A stretch of DNA of 51,405 nucleotides, taken from the NCBI GenBank assembly GCA_037441385.1, contig JBBISH010000033.1, positions 1 through 51,405 on the forward strand, given 5' to 3'. Shown here in pieces: positions 18,447 to 28,663 of the stretch. The stretch's first letter is position 1; every line of letters begins with the position of its first letter. The position numbers were made by a program, and so were the translations under genes. This stretch comes from Myxococcales bacterium. Lineage in GTDB: Bacteria > Myxococcota_A > UBA9042. The notes under the pieces were generated by a model. It did not search any database, had not been told where the DNA came from, and saw only the letters and a program-made list of their open reading frames with translations.

Positions 18447-19711
18447 GGCTGCCCCCGATCCGGGCTGTCGGACGCCTGGCTCAGGTGGGGGCGCCGCAGC
18501 TCCGACTCCAGCCGGGCAATCCGCTCGCGGGCCAGGTTGCACTCGCGCGGCTCCACGTCGGTGCTGTCTTGCAGGCCGCGCAGGCAGCGCTCGCGCTCGT
18601 CGCTGGCATCGATTTCCTTGCAGATGCGCTGATCGTTCTTGCGAAAGTCCTGGTTGCGCCTCTCAACGAAGCGCAGTACTTCGCGATAGGTGTCCAGCGC
18701 CTTGACTTTGTTACCTTTCTGCTCCTGCACCTCGGCCAGAGTCACCAAGAAACTGGGCATTTTCAGCGGCTTGCGCAGCATCTCGGGCAGGTTGCGGGCA
18801 TGGAACTCGGCGCGGTCCAGGTCGTGCAGCGGACCACGGTACAGCTCGATCAGCCGCAGCGCGGCCGTCTTCTGCTCGTCAAACCCATACGAAGCAAACA
18901 CATAGCTGGTCTCGTAGAAGTCGACGATCTTCTCCAGATCGCGCGCCTCCAGGTCCAGCTGCTCCAGCCGCCGGTACAGGCGCGAACGGGTCATGGTGCA
19001 ATCGATGATGCTCGCGTCTTCGCGGTGTTCCCGCTCTTGGCGCTCGAGCAGCTCGGCTCCCAGCTTGCACGCGGCCGGCGAACCGTCTTGCTCAAGCAGC
19101 ATCGCCGAGCGGAGCAGCAGGTTGTCGGCGATCTCGGACTTGGGATCGGCGTGCTCCAACTGCAGAAACAACGCCACCATCTGGTTGCGCTTGGCCAGGT
19201 CCAGCTGACCGTACAAGTACAGATGATCCAGGGCCCGCAGTGCCGCCGGCTGATCGGTAGAGCGCTGCACGAGCGCCCGCCACAGCGCCAACCCTTGGTC
19301 TTCGCGATGCAAAACGTAGAACCGCAATTCCGCCGCGTGCAGGACGGCCCGCGCCCGCATGGCGGTGTCAATCGCGCTGGTCGCCAGTTGGTCGTAGCAG
19401 GCAGTGGCCTCCTCGGCCTTGTTGGCGTGGGCCTGCACTTCGCATTCCAGCAGGGCCGCTTCGTCGGCATCGCGCGGATCGGTGGCCGACTTGCGCAGCG
19501 CCGCAAAGCGCCTTTGCGCCAGGTCCGTCTGCCCGTCCATGTACAGACGCTCGGTGTAATAGAAGTCGGCCTCCCACTTGACCAGCTTGGGCTCAAGGGC
19601 GCAGCCCGCCGCCAGCAGCGCCCAACCCACGGCCACCACACCACATCGCCGCACCAGCCGGCGCGCCGGCTGGGCAACAAGGGGTTGGAGTTGGGCCGGG
19701 GCGCGGGACAT
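18443..19711 (-). CDS. TPR-like alpha-helical lipoprotein
   Basis: Lipobox LLAAGC. Repeated helical motifs such as ADNLLLRSAMLL and LVTLAEVQEQKGNKVKALDTYREVL. Start uncertain. Confidence 0.7.
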   Translation of the reverse strand: MSRAPAQLQPLVAQPARRLVRRCGVVAVGWALLAAGCALEPKLVKWEADFYYTERLYMDGQTDLAQRRFAALRKSATDPRDADEAALLECEVQAHANKAEEATACYDQLATSAIDTAMRARAVLHAAELRFYVLHREDQGLALWRALVQRSTDQPAALRALDHLYLYGQLDLAKRNQMVALFLQLEHADPKSEIADNLLLRSAMLLEQDGSPAACKLGAELLERQEREHREDASIIDCTMTRSRLYRRLEQLDLEARDLEKIVDFYETSYVFASYGFDEQKTAALRLIELYRGPLHDLDRAEFHARNLPEMLRKPLKMPSFLVTLAEVQEQKGNKVKALDTYREVLRFVERRNQDFRKNDQRICKEIDASDERERCLRGLQDSTDVEPRECNLARERIARLESELRRPHLSQASDSPDRGQP

Positions 19712-19765
19712 CGCGAGGCGCAGCGTAACGAAACCGCGGGAACCTGTCACGAATTCCAAGCGCGA

Positions 19766-20284
19766 TCAGCTGCGCTTGCGCGCGGCCTGCAGCGCCGCCT
19801 TCAGTTCCGTTTGCGCTTCCACGGTGTAGCCAAAATCTTCGGCGCGCTCGCGGAACCGTTGCCGGGCCTCTTCCACGGTCGCCTCGGCGTCCAGGGCCGC
19901 CTGCTCAAGCAGCGTTGCCTTCAGGTCTTCCAGGCGCCGCTGCGCACCGTCCAAGGTCGTGTGCGTCCGCTCGATCGCCTGCTGCAGGCGCGGTCCGGGA
20001 TCGTCGGTGCCCACCAGCGCCCGCCGCGTCTGCACCAGATCCGCCATCGAGGTCAGCAGTTCGTCGATGTCCGCGACCAGCAATTCCGCGTGTTGCGCCT
20101 TGCCTTGCGCCAGCAGGTCCAGGATCGCCGCCCGCAACCGCAGGCCCGCTGCAACGTGGGCATCGCGCAGGGCAAGCCAGCGCCAGCGCAGGGGAATCGC
20201 AAAGAACGGATGGCCGCGCAGCGCCGCAAAAAGCACCAGCGCCACCACGCCCAAGCCAACCGCCCGCTCGACCAGTGCCCACAT
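19766..20284 (-). CDS. Hypothetical membrane-anchored coiled-coil protein
   Basis: N-terminal hydrophobic segment followed by a heptad-like helical region. Fills the gap between co-oriented genes. Confidence 0.6.
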   Translation of the reverse strand: MWALVERAVGLGVVALVLFAALRGHPFFAIPLRWRWLALRDAHVAAGLRLRAAILDLLAQGKAQHAELLVADIDELLTSMADLVQTRRALVGTDDPGPRLQQAIERTHTTLDGAQRRLEDLKATLLEQAALDAEATVEEARQRFRERAEDFGYTVEAQTELKAALQAARKRS

Positions 20285-20314
20285 CCCAGAAGACCCCAAA
20301 TCCAGTCAGAATAG

Positions 20315-21355
20315 CTAGTTACTACCCATGAAGAAGCGCCGCCACGCCGCCATCGAGCCAAACTCGTACAAAAAGCGAGGATCCTGCGAGGACAAGGTGA
20401 TGTCGCCCAGCTTGAACGCCCGCGCCGCCTCGATGGCACTGTAGGTCTGCCCGGCGCGGCTGGCCAGGGCGTCGGCCTCCAATTTCTTGCCCAGCGCTTC
20501 GGCTTCGGCTTCGGCGCGGTCGCCTTGCGCAATCAGCTTCTCGTACTCCGCGTCGGCTTCGGACCGGCGTTTCTTGTCGTACTCGGTGGCCTGACCCTTG
20601 ATCTCGGCGATCTTGGTCTCGATCTCTTTGCGCTTCTCTTCGATCTTCTGATTCCACGTCTCGCGTTCCACCGCCACGTCGCGCTCGATGCCCTTTTGCA
20701 CGGTGTCGGTCTCTTGCTTGGCCTTGGACTCGTTTTGCTTGGCGGTGTCCAACTCGGCCTGCACGGCAAACAGTTGCTTGGCCTGGAGTTGCGCCTCGTA
20801 GGGCGGATCGAAGTAGATGGCCCGCAGCACCACGCCCGACGGCGCGACCTTGACGTGGTACTGCCGCAACATCTTGTTCAGCGGGTCGATCGCCGACTTG
20901 GCCACCTTCTCGCGCTCAGACGGGATCTGCACCATCTGGCTCGACAGCTGCGCCAAGTGCTCGCGCAGAAATCCCTCTGTCACAGAGCGGACTTTCGCCT
21001 CGTACGAGTCGGCAAAACCTTCGCGCACCACCTTGTGCGCCTCGCCGTTGATGATGTGGTAGGCGATCACCACGTCGACGTGCACCACATTGTTTTCGCG
21101 CGTGCGCAAGTCCAGGGTGTTGTTGCCTGCAAATTCAACATATTGCAGAGTGCGCGGCATGCGGTACCACGAGTGGAGGAACCCCAAATCCACGTGGCGC
21201 CCCTGCGGGAAGTCCTCGTCCTCGATGCCCGAGAACATCGACCGCCGCACGCCGATCTCGTCGGGGGCGATGTACACCGTCGACACCGCCGGCACCGCCC
21301 ACACGGCCAGGATCAGGATCGACAAGAACTGAATCGAAAGCAGCTTGCTCCACAT
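20315..21355 (-). CDS. SPFH/Band 7 domain protein
   Basis: N-terminal TM helix, IAPDEIGVR, LRTRENNVVHVDVVIAYHI and a long Glu/Ala/Lys coiled-coil tail. GGAGG RBS. Confidence 0.85.
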   Translation of the reverse strand: MWSKLLSIQFLSILILAVWAVPAVSTVYIAPDEIGVRRSMFSGIEDEDFPQGRHVDLGFLHSWYRMPRTLQYVEFAGNNTLDLRTRENNVVHVDVVIAYHIINGEAHKVVREGFADSYEAKVRSVTEGFLREHLAQLSSQMVQIPSEREKVAKSAIDPLNKMLRQYHVKVAPSGVVLRAIYFDPPYEAQLQAKQLFAVQAELDTAKQNESKAKQETDTVQKGIERDVAVERETWNQKIEEKRKEIETKIAEIKGQATEYDKKRRSEADAEYEKLIAQGDRAEAEAEALGKKLEADALASRAGQTYSAIEAARAFKLGDITLSSQDPRFLYEFGSMAAWRRFFMGSN

Positions 21356-21364
21356 GTCGCCCTC

Positions 21365-22501
21365 CTACTGGCCCTTGCCGCCGTGGCCGTGATCGTCCAG
21401 CACCGCGGGCATTTGCCGGATGTCCAGCGGCGTGGTCGAGCGCGAGTACGGAATCGCCGAGATCTTTTCCAGCTGTGGAAACACGTTCTTGGCAATCTCT
21501 AGGTTCAGGACGTCCGGCCCCGCCGCACCCACTGCGTTGATCTGCGCCGCCAGACCGCGAGCCCGCTCTTTGGCCGCATCGGCGTTGGCCGCGGCGTGGG
21601 TGGTTTTTTCGATGTGCAGCGCGTGGGCCTCGGCGATGCGACCGATGGCGTACTTGTCGGCCTCGCGTTGCACGGCCACCAACTCGTTGCTCGCTTGCTG
21701 CAGCTCGGCGGCCAGCTTGCCCACCAGCGCCTGGAAGTCGGCGTTCTTCTGCTCGCGCACCTCTTGGGTCTTGCGGTCCTTTTCCTTTTCAAGTCGTTCC
21801 CGCTGCTTGGCGTTGACCAGCACGGCTTGCTCAGCGGTCTGGCGGGCCTTGATGGCGTCTTCTACGTCCTGCGAAAAGCTGGGCTTGGGCGTGAGAATCT
21901 GGCTGATCTGGATGCCCGTGGGCTCCAACTGGGCATTCAGGCGCACCTTGGCCAAGCTGGTCGCCTTGCTGTAGGTCGACGGATCCGCGACCTCCAAGAA
22001 CGAGTAGCGGCCAAACTCGTCGCGCAGCACCTCGCGAGCCCGCGTGAGCACGGCCCTTTTCTTGTAGGCGTCGGCCCGACCGTGCTGCTCGATGACAAAA
22101 TCGGTGCGGGCCGGGTCCACCTGATAGTGAATTTCCAGCTTGCTGAACCAGAAGTTCGAGCCGTCGTTGGCGCGCACGGTCAGCTTGCGCACGTGGTTGT
22201 CGTTGCGGTCCTCGTCACCTTCCATGACCAACACTTGCGGTCGAATATCCAACACTTCCACGCGCTGGAACCAGGGCAGGTAGGTCACTGTGCCTTGCTC
22301 GCGGATCACCGTCCGGTCCGGGCCAAACATCGCGAGCGGGGTCGTGTTGTACAGCACCGCCGCTTCGCCGGGCTCGATCTCGATGACGCCCAGGCCGCCC
22401 GAGCCAAGGCTGAAGAACACGATGGCCATGGCGATGCCGGGCAAGATGAGCCGCCACCACGAAAAGCCAGAAAACCACGATCGAATCCCATCGATGGCCA
22501 T
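21365..22501 (-). CDS. SPFH/Band 7 domain protein
   Basis: TM helix, IEPGEAAVL, YLPWFQRVEVLDIRPQ, VRANDG and a coiled-coil tail. ATG at 22501 with an AAGGGGG RBS. Confidence 0.85.
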   Translation of the reverse strand: MAIDGIRSWFSGFSWWRLILPGIAMAIVFFSLGSGGLGVIEIEPGEAAVLYNTTPLAMFGPDRTVIREQGTVTYLPWFQRVEVLDIRPQVLVMEGDEDRNDNHVRKLTVRANDGSNFWFSKLEIHYQVDPARTDFVIEQHGRADAYKKRAVLTRAREVLRDEFGRYSFLEVADPSTYSKATSLAKVRLNAQLEPTGIQISQILTPKPSFSQDVEDAIKARQTAEQAVLVNAKQRERLEKEKDRKTQEVREQKNADFQALVGKLAAELQQASNELVAVQREADKYAIGRIAEAHALHIEKTTHAAANADAAKERARGLAAQINAVGAAGPDVLNLEIAKNVFPQLEKISAIPYSRSTTPLDIRQMPAVLDDHGHGGKGQ

Positions 22502-22702
22502 CGCTGCCCCCTTGCTGCTGCTGGTGCCGTAGACTGCCGGGGCGATTATCGCACAAGTTGGCGGCAAAACAGCAGGTCGCAGCGCCGGCGGCCAGGGCCC
22601 CACTCGCGGTTTGTCACAAAACTGTCTACACTCCCGCGCCGCCGCAGCGCCAGGACGCGCAGCACCAATAGACGCAAGAACTTTCTGCAGTTGGAGTCAC
22701 CC

Positions 22703-24379
22703 ATGGCCGAGCACGCCGCACCCGCGACCCCGGTTTCGTTTGCCACCTCGCCCGAGCAGTATCACCACTGGCAGATTCGGGTCGGCGGCGGCATCGCCAC
22801 CTTGACGCTCGCCATCGACCGCGACCACCCGCTGCGCCCTGGCTACGAGCTCAAGCTCAACAGCTACGATTTGGGCGTGGACATCGAGCTCGCGGACGCC
22901 ATCCGCCGCCTGCGCTTTGAGCACCCCGAGGTACGCTGCGTGGTGGTGACATCCGGCATCGCCAAAATGTTCTGTGCCGGCGCCAACATCCGCATGCTGT
23001 CGCAGTCGTCGCACTCGTTCAAAGTCAACTTCTGCAAGTTCACCAACGAAACGCGTTGCGAGATCGAAGACGCCACCCAGCACTCGAACCAGCGCTACAT
23101 CGCCGCCTTGAATGGCACCGCGGCCGGCGGCGGCTACGAACTGGCCGAAGCGTGCAGCGAGATCTATTTGATCGACGACGGATTCTCGGCCGTGTCGCTG
23201 CCCGAAGTGCCGCTGCTGGGCGTGTTGCCGGGCACGGGCGGACTGACGCGCCTGGTCGACAAGCGCAAGGTGCGCCGCGATGTGGCCGATCTGTTCTGCA
23301 CCAAGGCCGAAGGGTTCCGTCTGCGCGACGCATTGAAGATGCGCCTGGTCGACGGCGGTTGGGCCAAGTCCAAGTGGCAGGTCGAGATCGATCGCCGGGC
23401 CGAGAAGATCGTGCAGGACGCAGGCGGCGCCGGCAACGAAGTCGGCATCGCCCTGGCCGCGGTCGAGTGCACGGCAACTCACGAAGACGACGCCGAAATT
23501 CTGGCCTACCACTTTGTGCGCGTGACCGTGGAACAGGGCGGCCGCCACGCTCGCATCGAACTCCGCGGCCCCGAGACGGCGCCGCCGCAGACGCATCAAG
23601 AACTGCACGACTTGGGATGCAACTCGTGGGCGCTGCAAGCTTTTCGCGATCTGGATGCGGCGCTGCTGGATCTGCGCCTCAACCACAGCGCGGTCGGCCT
23701 GCTTAGCGTGACTACGGTCGGCGACCGCGAACAGGTGCTGGCGTGGGACACGGCCCTCAGCCGGTTGCGCCAAGAAGGGTCGTGGCTGGCCCGCGAGATT
23801 CAGCTGCACCAAGGGCGCACGCTGCGCCGGTTGGACAACATGGCCAAGTCGCTGTTTGCCATCGTGCTTCCCGGTTCGTGCTTTGCCGGCACGCTGGCCG
23901 AGCTGCTGTGGTCGGCGGACCGGGCCTACATGCTGGACCACCCTGACGAGGCCAGCGCGATCGCCCTGCATCCGGTCAATTTTGGCGCGCACCCCACCTA
24001 CAATGGCATGACCCGGCTGCAGATTCGCTTCTACGGCGAGCCGCAGAGCCTGGCCAAGGCCGAACAGCTCCACGCTGCCATCGAACCGGCCGACGCCGAG
24101 CGCTACGGGCTGGTCACGCGCGCCCCCGACGACCTGGACTGGGACGACGAAGTGCGCATTGCCGAAGAGGAACGTCTGTCCTTCTCGCCAGATGCACTGA
24201 CGGGCATGGAGCAGAACCTGCGGTTTGCTGGGCAAGAGAGCTGTGATACCAAGCTTTTTGGCCGTTTGACGGCCTGGCAGAACTGGATTTTCCAGCGGCC
24301 CAACGCCGTCGGCGAGCGCGGGGCCCTGACCATGTATGGCGACCCGCGCACGCCGGTGTTCGACTTCAACCGCACCTGA
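22703..24379 (+). CDS. boxC: 2,3-epoxybenzoyl-CoA dihydrolase (benzoyl-CoA-dihydrodiol lyase)
   Basis: YELKLNSYDLGVDIELADA, RLRFEHPEV, FCAGANI, HSFKVNFCKFTNETR, LPEVPLLGVLPGTGG and FGRLTAWQNWIFQRPNAVG. GGAG RBS before ATG 22703. Confidence 0.95.
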   Translation: MAEHAAPATPVSFATSPEQYHHWQIRVGGGIATLTLAIDRDHPLRPGYELKLNSYDLGVDIELADAIRRLRFEHPEVRCVVVTSGIAKMFCAGANIRMLSQSSHSFKVNFCKFTNETRCEIEDATQHSNQRYIAALNGTAAGGGYELAEACSEIYLIDDGFSAVSLPEVPLLGVLPGTGGLTRLVDKRKVRRDVADLFCTKAEGFRLRDALKMRLVDGGWAKSKWQVEIDRRAEKIVQDAGGAGNEVGIALAAVECTATHEDDAEILAYHFVRVTVEQGGRHARIELRGPETAPPQTHQELHDLGCNSWALQAFRDLDAALLDLRLNHSAVGLLSVTTVGDREQVLAWDTALSRLRQEGSWLAREIQLHQGRTLRRLDNMAKSLFAIVLPGSCFAGTLAELLWSADRAYMLDHPDEASAIALHPVNFGAHPTYNGMTRLQIRFYGEPQSLAKAEQLHAAIEPADAERYGLVTRAPDDLDWDDEVRIAEEERLSFSPDALTGMEQNLRFAGQESCDTKLFGRLTAWQNWIFQRPNAVGERGALTMYGDPRTPVFDFNRT

Positions 24380-24550
24380 TCGCGGCACCAACCGGTCGCG
24401 CCCCTTCGGCTCGGCACTTCTTGCAACGACCGTTCCAAATTCGCCTTGCAACCGGGCGCCGCGCCGTTACAATACCGTGACCCGGCGGGGTGGGCTTGCC
24501 GGCAAATCCAAAGACTTCGCCATCTTGCGCAGCGAATATTCAGGAGTCGC

Positions 24551-25966
<1,416 letters not shown>

Positions 25967-26023
25967 CACACGCGGCCTATACTGCCTGGGCGGAAGGCCC
26001 ACCGGCTTGGGGGTCGAGGTGCC

Positions 26024-26899
26024 ATGACGTTGTCCGAAGGCCCGCAGGTGCTCGACAGGCTGCACGACGGCGTGTTGACGCTGACCCTGAATCGCCCCGA
26101 CAAGCTCAACGCCTTGGACCAGCCGCTGGTCGACGCGCTGCACTCGGCGCTCGCCTACTACGAGCCGCTGGTCGACATCGTGCGCGCGGTGGTGATCTGC
26201 GGTGCCGGCGGTCGGGCTTTTGCCGCCGGGGCCGACATCGCCACCTTGCGCAATCGCAACGCGGGCGAGGCCTTGCTGGCCATCAACGCCACCCTGTTCG
26301 ATCGCTTGGCGCGCTTTCCGGCGCCCACCATCGCGGCCGTGACCGGCTTTGCCTTAGGGGGCGGTTGCGAGTTGGCGCTGGCATGCGACCTGCGCATCGC
26401 TGGCGAATCCGCCCAGTTCGGTCAACCCGAGACGGGTCTGGGCATCATCCCGGCCGCCGGTGCGACGTCGCGGCTGCCCCTGTTGGTCGGGATGGGCAGA
26501 GCGCGCGAGCTGATTTTCACCGGTCGGCTGGTCGGCGCGGACGAAGCGGCGGCCATGGGCTTGGTCAACGCCGTGGTCCCAGACAGCGAAGTAGTGGCCG
26601 CTGCAGTGGAAATGGCGGCACAGATCGCCAAGAACGACGGTCTGGCCACCCGCCTCACCAAGCAGGCGCTGCAGCTCGGCGAAGGCAACCAGGAGCACCA
26701 GCGGCGATTCGCCAATATCGCCCAGGGTTTGTGCTTTGACAGCCCAGCCAAAATCGCGCGCATGGATGCGTTCTTGGCGCGCAAGGCCGCCCGCCGCAAT
26801 AGCGCTGCCCACACGGTGCCAAGTCCGATTCCGCCGGGAGCCATGCCGGCAGCGGATGGGTCCGGCCCGGGTCTTGCCGGCAGCCCAAGTGGGAGCTAG
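26024..26899 (+). CDS. Enoyl-CoA hydratase/isomerase family protein
   Basis: TLNRPDKLNAL, AFAAGADI, GFALGGGCELALACDLRIA and QPETGLGIIP; both catalytic Glu residues present. Confidence 0.9.
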   Translation: MTLSEGPQVLDRLHDGVLTLTLNRPDKLNALDQPLVDALHSALAYYEPLVDIVRAVVICGAGGRAFAAGADIATLRNRNAGEALLAINATLFDRLARFPAPTIAAVTGFALGGGCELALACDLRIAGESAQFGQPETGLGIIPAAGATSRLPLLVGMGRARELIFTGRLVGADEAAAMGLVNAVVPDSEVVAAAVEMAAQIAKNDGLATRLTKQALQLGEGNQEHQRRFANIAQGLCFDSPAKIARMDAFLARKAARRNSAAHTVPSPIPPGAMPAADGSGPGLAGSPSGS

Positions 26900-26902
26900 G
26901 CC

Positions 26903-27511
26903 ATGGCCAACCGACGACGCCTGCTACGGTTCTGCGGTCTGTGCACTGTCCTTGCCTGCTTGGAGGCCTGCGCCAGCGCCACCGATCCCAACGCGTCGAC
27001 GTTGACCCTGCGCCTGACGGGCGTGGGTGCGCTGCCCGCTGGCGCCGAAGCCCTGGCCCTGACCGTGCAATCTGTCTCGGTCCACGTCGCCGACCCGGGC
27101 GCCGAGCCCCTGGCGGCCAACGACACCACGCTGGACAAAGACGGCCACTGGCACACGCTGCAAGCGACCACGAATGTGTCGCTTTCTGGACCGAGCACCA
27201 TCGTGACCCTGGGCAAGCTGACGGTGCCGGTGGGCTCGATCAATCAGATTCGCTTGAACCTGGGCCCCGTGGCCGGGCTGGTCGCCAAACCGGCGGGCTG
27301 CACCCTGGACGCGTCGGCCACCGAGGCCACTGGCTGGCGAATCAACAAGTCGTTCAAGCCCTTTGCCACCTACCACGGTGTCGAGCACGTGGGCACTCTG
27401 GGCGTCGACCTAGCCGCAGCTCTGGTGCCCGAGGGCAATTGCTATCGGCTGCAGCCCGCGCTGGGCGTCGCATCGTGGCAAACGGCCGGGCACTTCCTAG
27501 CGATCGATTGA
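26903..27511 (+). CDS. DUF4382-like lipoprotein
   Basis: Signal peptide with LEAC. The LTLRLT...LTVQSVSVH...VPVGSINQIRL pattern resembles DUF4382. Confidence 0.6.
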   Translation: MANRRRLLRFCGLCTVLACLEACASATDPNASTLTLRLTGVGALPAGAEALALTVQSVSVHVADPGAEPLAANDTTLDKDGHWHTLQATTNVSLSGPSTIVTLGKLTVPVGSINQIRLNLGPVAGLVAKPAGCTLDASATEATGWRINKSFKPFATYHGVEHVGTLGVDLAAALVPEGNCYRLQPALGVASWQTAGHFLAID

Positions 27512-27557
27512 GTTTGTCGGCACGCGCGCGACCGGGGCCTCCGGTTGCCGGCAAGGG

Positions 27558-28649
27558 ATGAGCATGTCGTACGTCATCTGGACCGCGTTCGTCGCCATGA
27601 TCTGCGGCTTCCTCGCCCTGGATCTCGGCGTTTTCAACAAGAAGGACCACGTCATCGGCGTGCGCGAGGCCATGCGCTGGACAGCGATCTGGGTCACGGT
27701 CGCCATGGGCTTTGTGGGCGTGGTGTACCTGCTGTACCAGAACCGGATCGCGGGTTTTGGCGACGCGGACGGCACCCACGACGTGCTGCAGGGCACCGAA
27801 GCCGCGCTACTCTTTCTGACCGGCTACCTGGTCGAGTACTCGCTGTCGATCGACAACATCTTTGTGATTGCGCTGCTGATATCGCACTTCAAGGTACCTA
27901 GAAAATACCAACATCGGGTGTTGTTCTGGGGCATTTTGGGCGCACTCGTCATGCGTGGCGCAATGATTGGCGCTGGAACTGCGCTGATTCGCAACTTTAC
28001 TTGGACAATGTACCTGTTCGGCGCCATCCTGATTTTCTCGGCCGTCAAGATGGCGATTTCCAAAGAAGACGACGACAACGACCCGCACGACAGCTGGGTC
28101 GCGCGCACTGCCAAGAAGTTCTACCCGCTGTCGCCCAAGTTCCATGGCCACAAGTTCTTTGTCACGCTGCCCGGCGGCAGCCGCGCCATGACACCGCTGT
28201 TCTTGGTGCTGCTGCTGGTCGAGTCGACCGACGTGCTATTTGCCGTGGACTCGATTCCGGCGGTTTTTGCGGTGACGACGGATCCGTTCCTAGTCTTTAC
28301 GTCGAACGTGTTCGCCATCATGGGCCTGCGTTCGCTGTTCTTTGCGCTGGCGGGCATGCTCGGCGCTTTCCATCACCTCAAGTACGCGCTGGTGGCGCTG
28401 ATGGCGTTCATCGGCCTCAAGATGCTGGCGAGCCACTACATCCACATCGCGCCGGCGCTGTCGCTCGCGGTCATCGCGGTAATTCTAGGTATCGGGATCG
28501 CCACTTCGCTCGCGTTCCCGCTGAGCCCCGAAGAGAAGGCCGCGCACTTGCGCCGGCATGGCGACGACGACCGCCACGACGAGGCTGAGCAAGCGTCCGC
28601 TGAGCCGCCCGCCGCGTCCAACGACGACGAGCAGGCTGCCGGCGGTTAG
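27558..28649 (+). CDS. TerC/Alx family membrane protein
   Basis: FLTGYLVEYSLSIDNIFV, QHRVLFWGILGALVMRG and TDVLFAVDSIPAVFAVTTDPFLVFTSNVFAIMGLRSLFF. Confidence 0.93.
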   Translation: MSMSYVIWTAFVAMICGFLALDLGVFNKKDHVIGVREAMRWTAIWVTVAMGFVGVVYLLYQNRIAGFGDADGTHDVLQGTEAALLFLTGYLVEYSLSIDNIFVIALLISHFKVPRKYQHRVLFWGILGALVMRGAMIGAGTALIRNFTWTMYLFGAILIFSAVKMAISKEDDDNDPHDSWVARTAKKFYPLSPKFHGHKFFVTLPGGSRAMTPLFLVLLLVESTDVLFAVDSIPAVFAVTTDPFLVFTSNVFAIMGLRSLFFALAGMLGAFHHLKYALVALMAFIGLKMLASHYIHIAPALSLAVIAVILGIGIATSLAFPLSPEEKAAHLRRHGDDDRHDEAEQASAEPPAASNDDEQAAGG

Positions 28650-28663
28650 CCAAGAATTTTCGG

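Noticed and set aside
21596..22702. Apparent 369-aa N-terminal extension or fusion on BoxC
   Set aside because: It overlaps the SPFH gene on the other strand. BoxC homology and an RBS begin at ATG 22703.
26024..26899. Crotonase-fold gene as the missing menB
   Set aside because: It has the two-Glu enoyl-CoA hydratase pattern (GGGCE, QPE) and AFAAGADI rather than the MenB FCSGGDQ / GSFD motifs, and it is linked to the box genes.
27512..27557. yybP-ykoY manganese riboswitch ahead of the TerC/Alx gene
   Set aside because: Only 46 bp separate the genes and no riboswitch consensus is visible.
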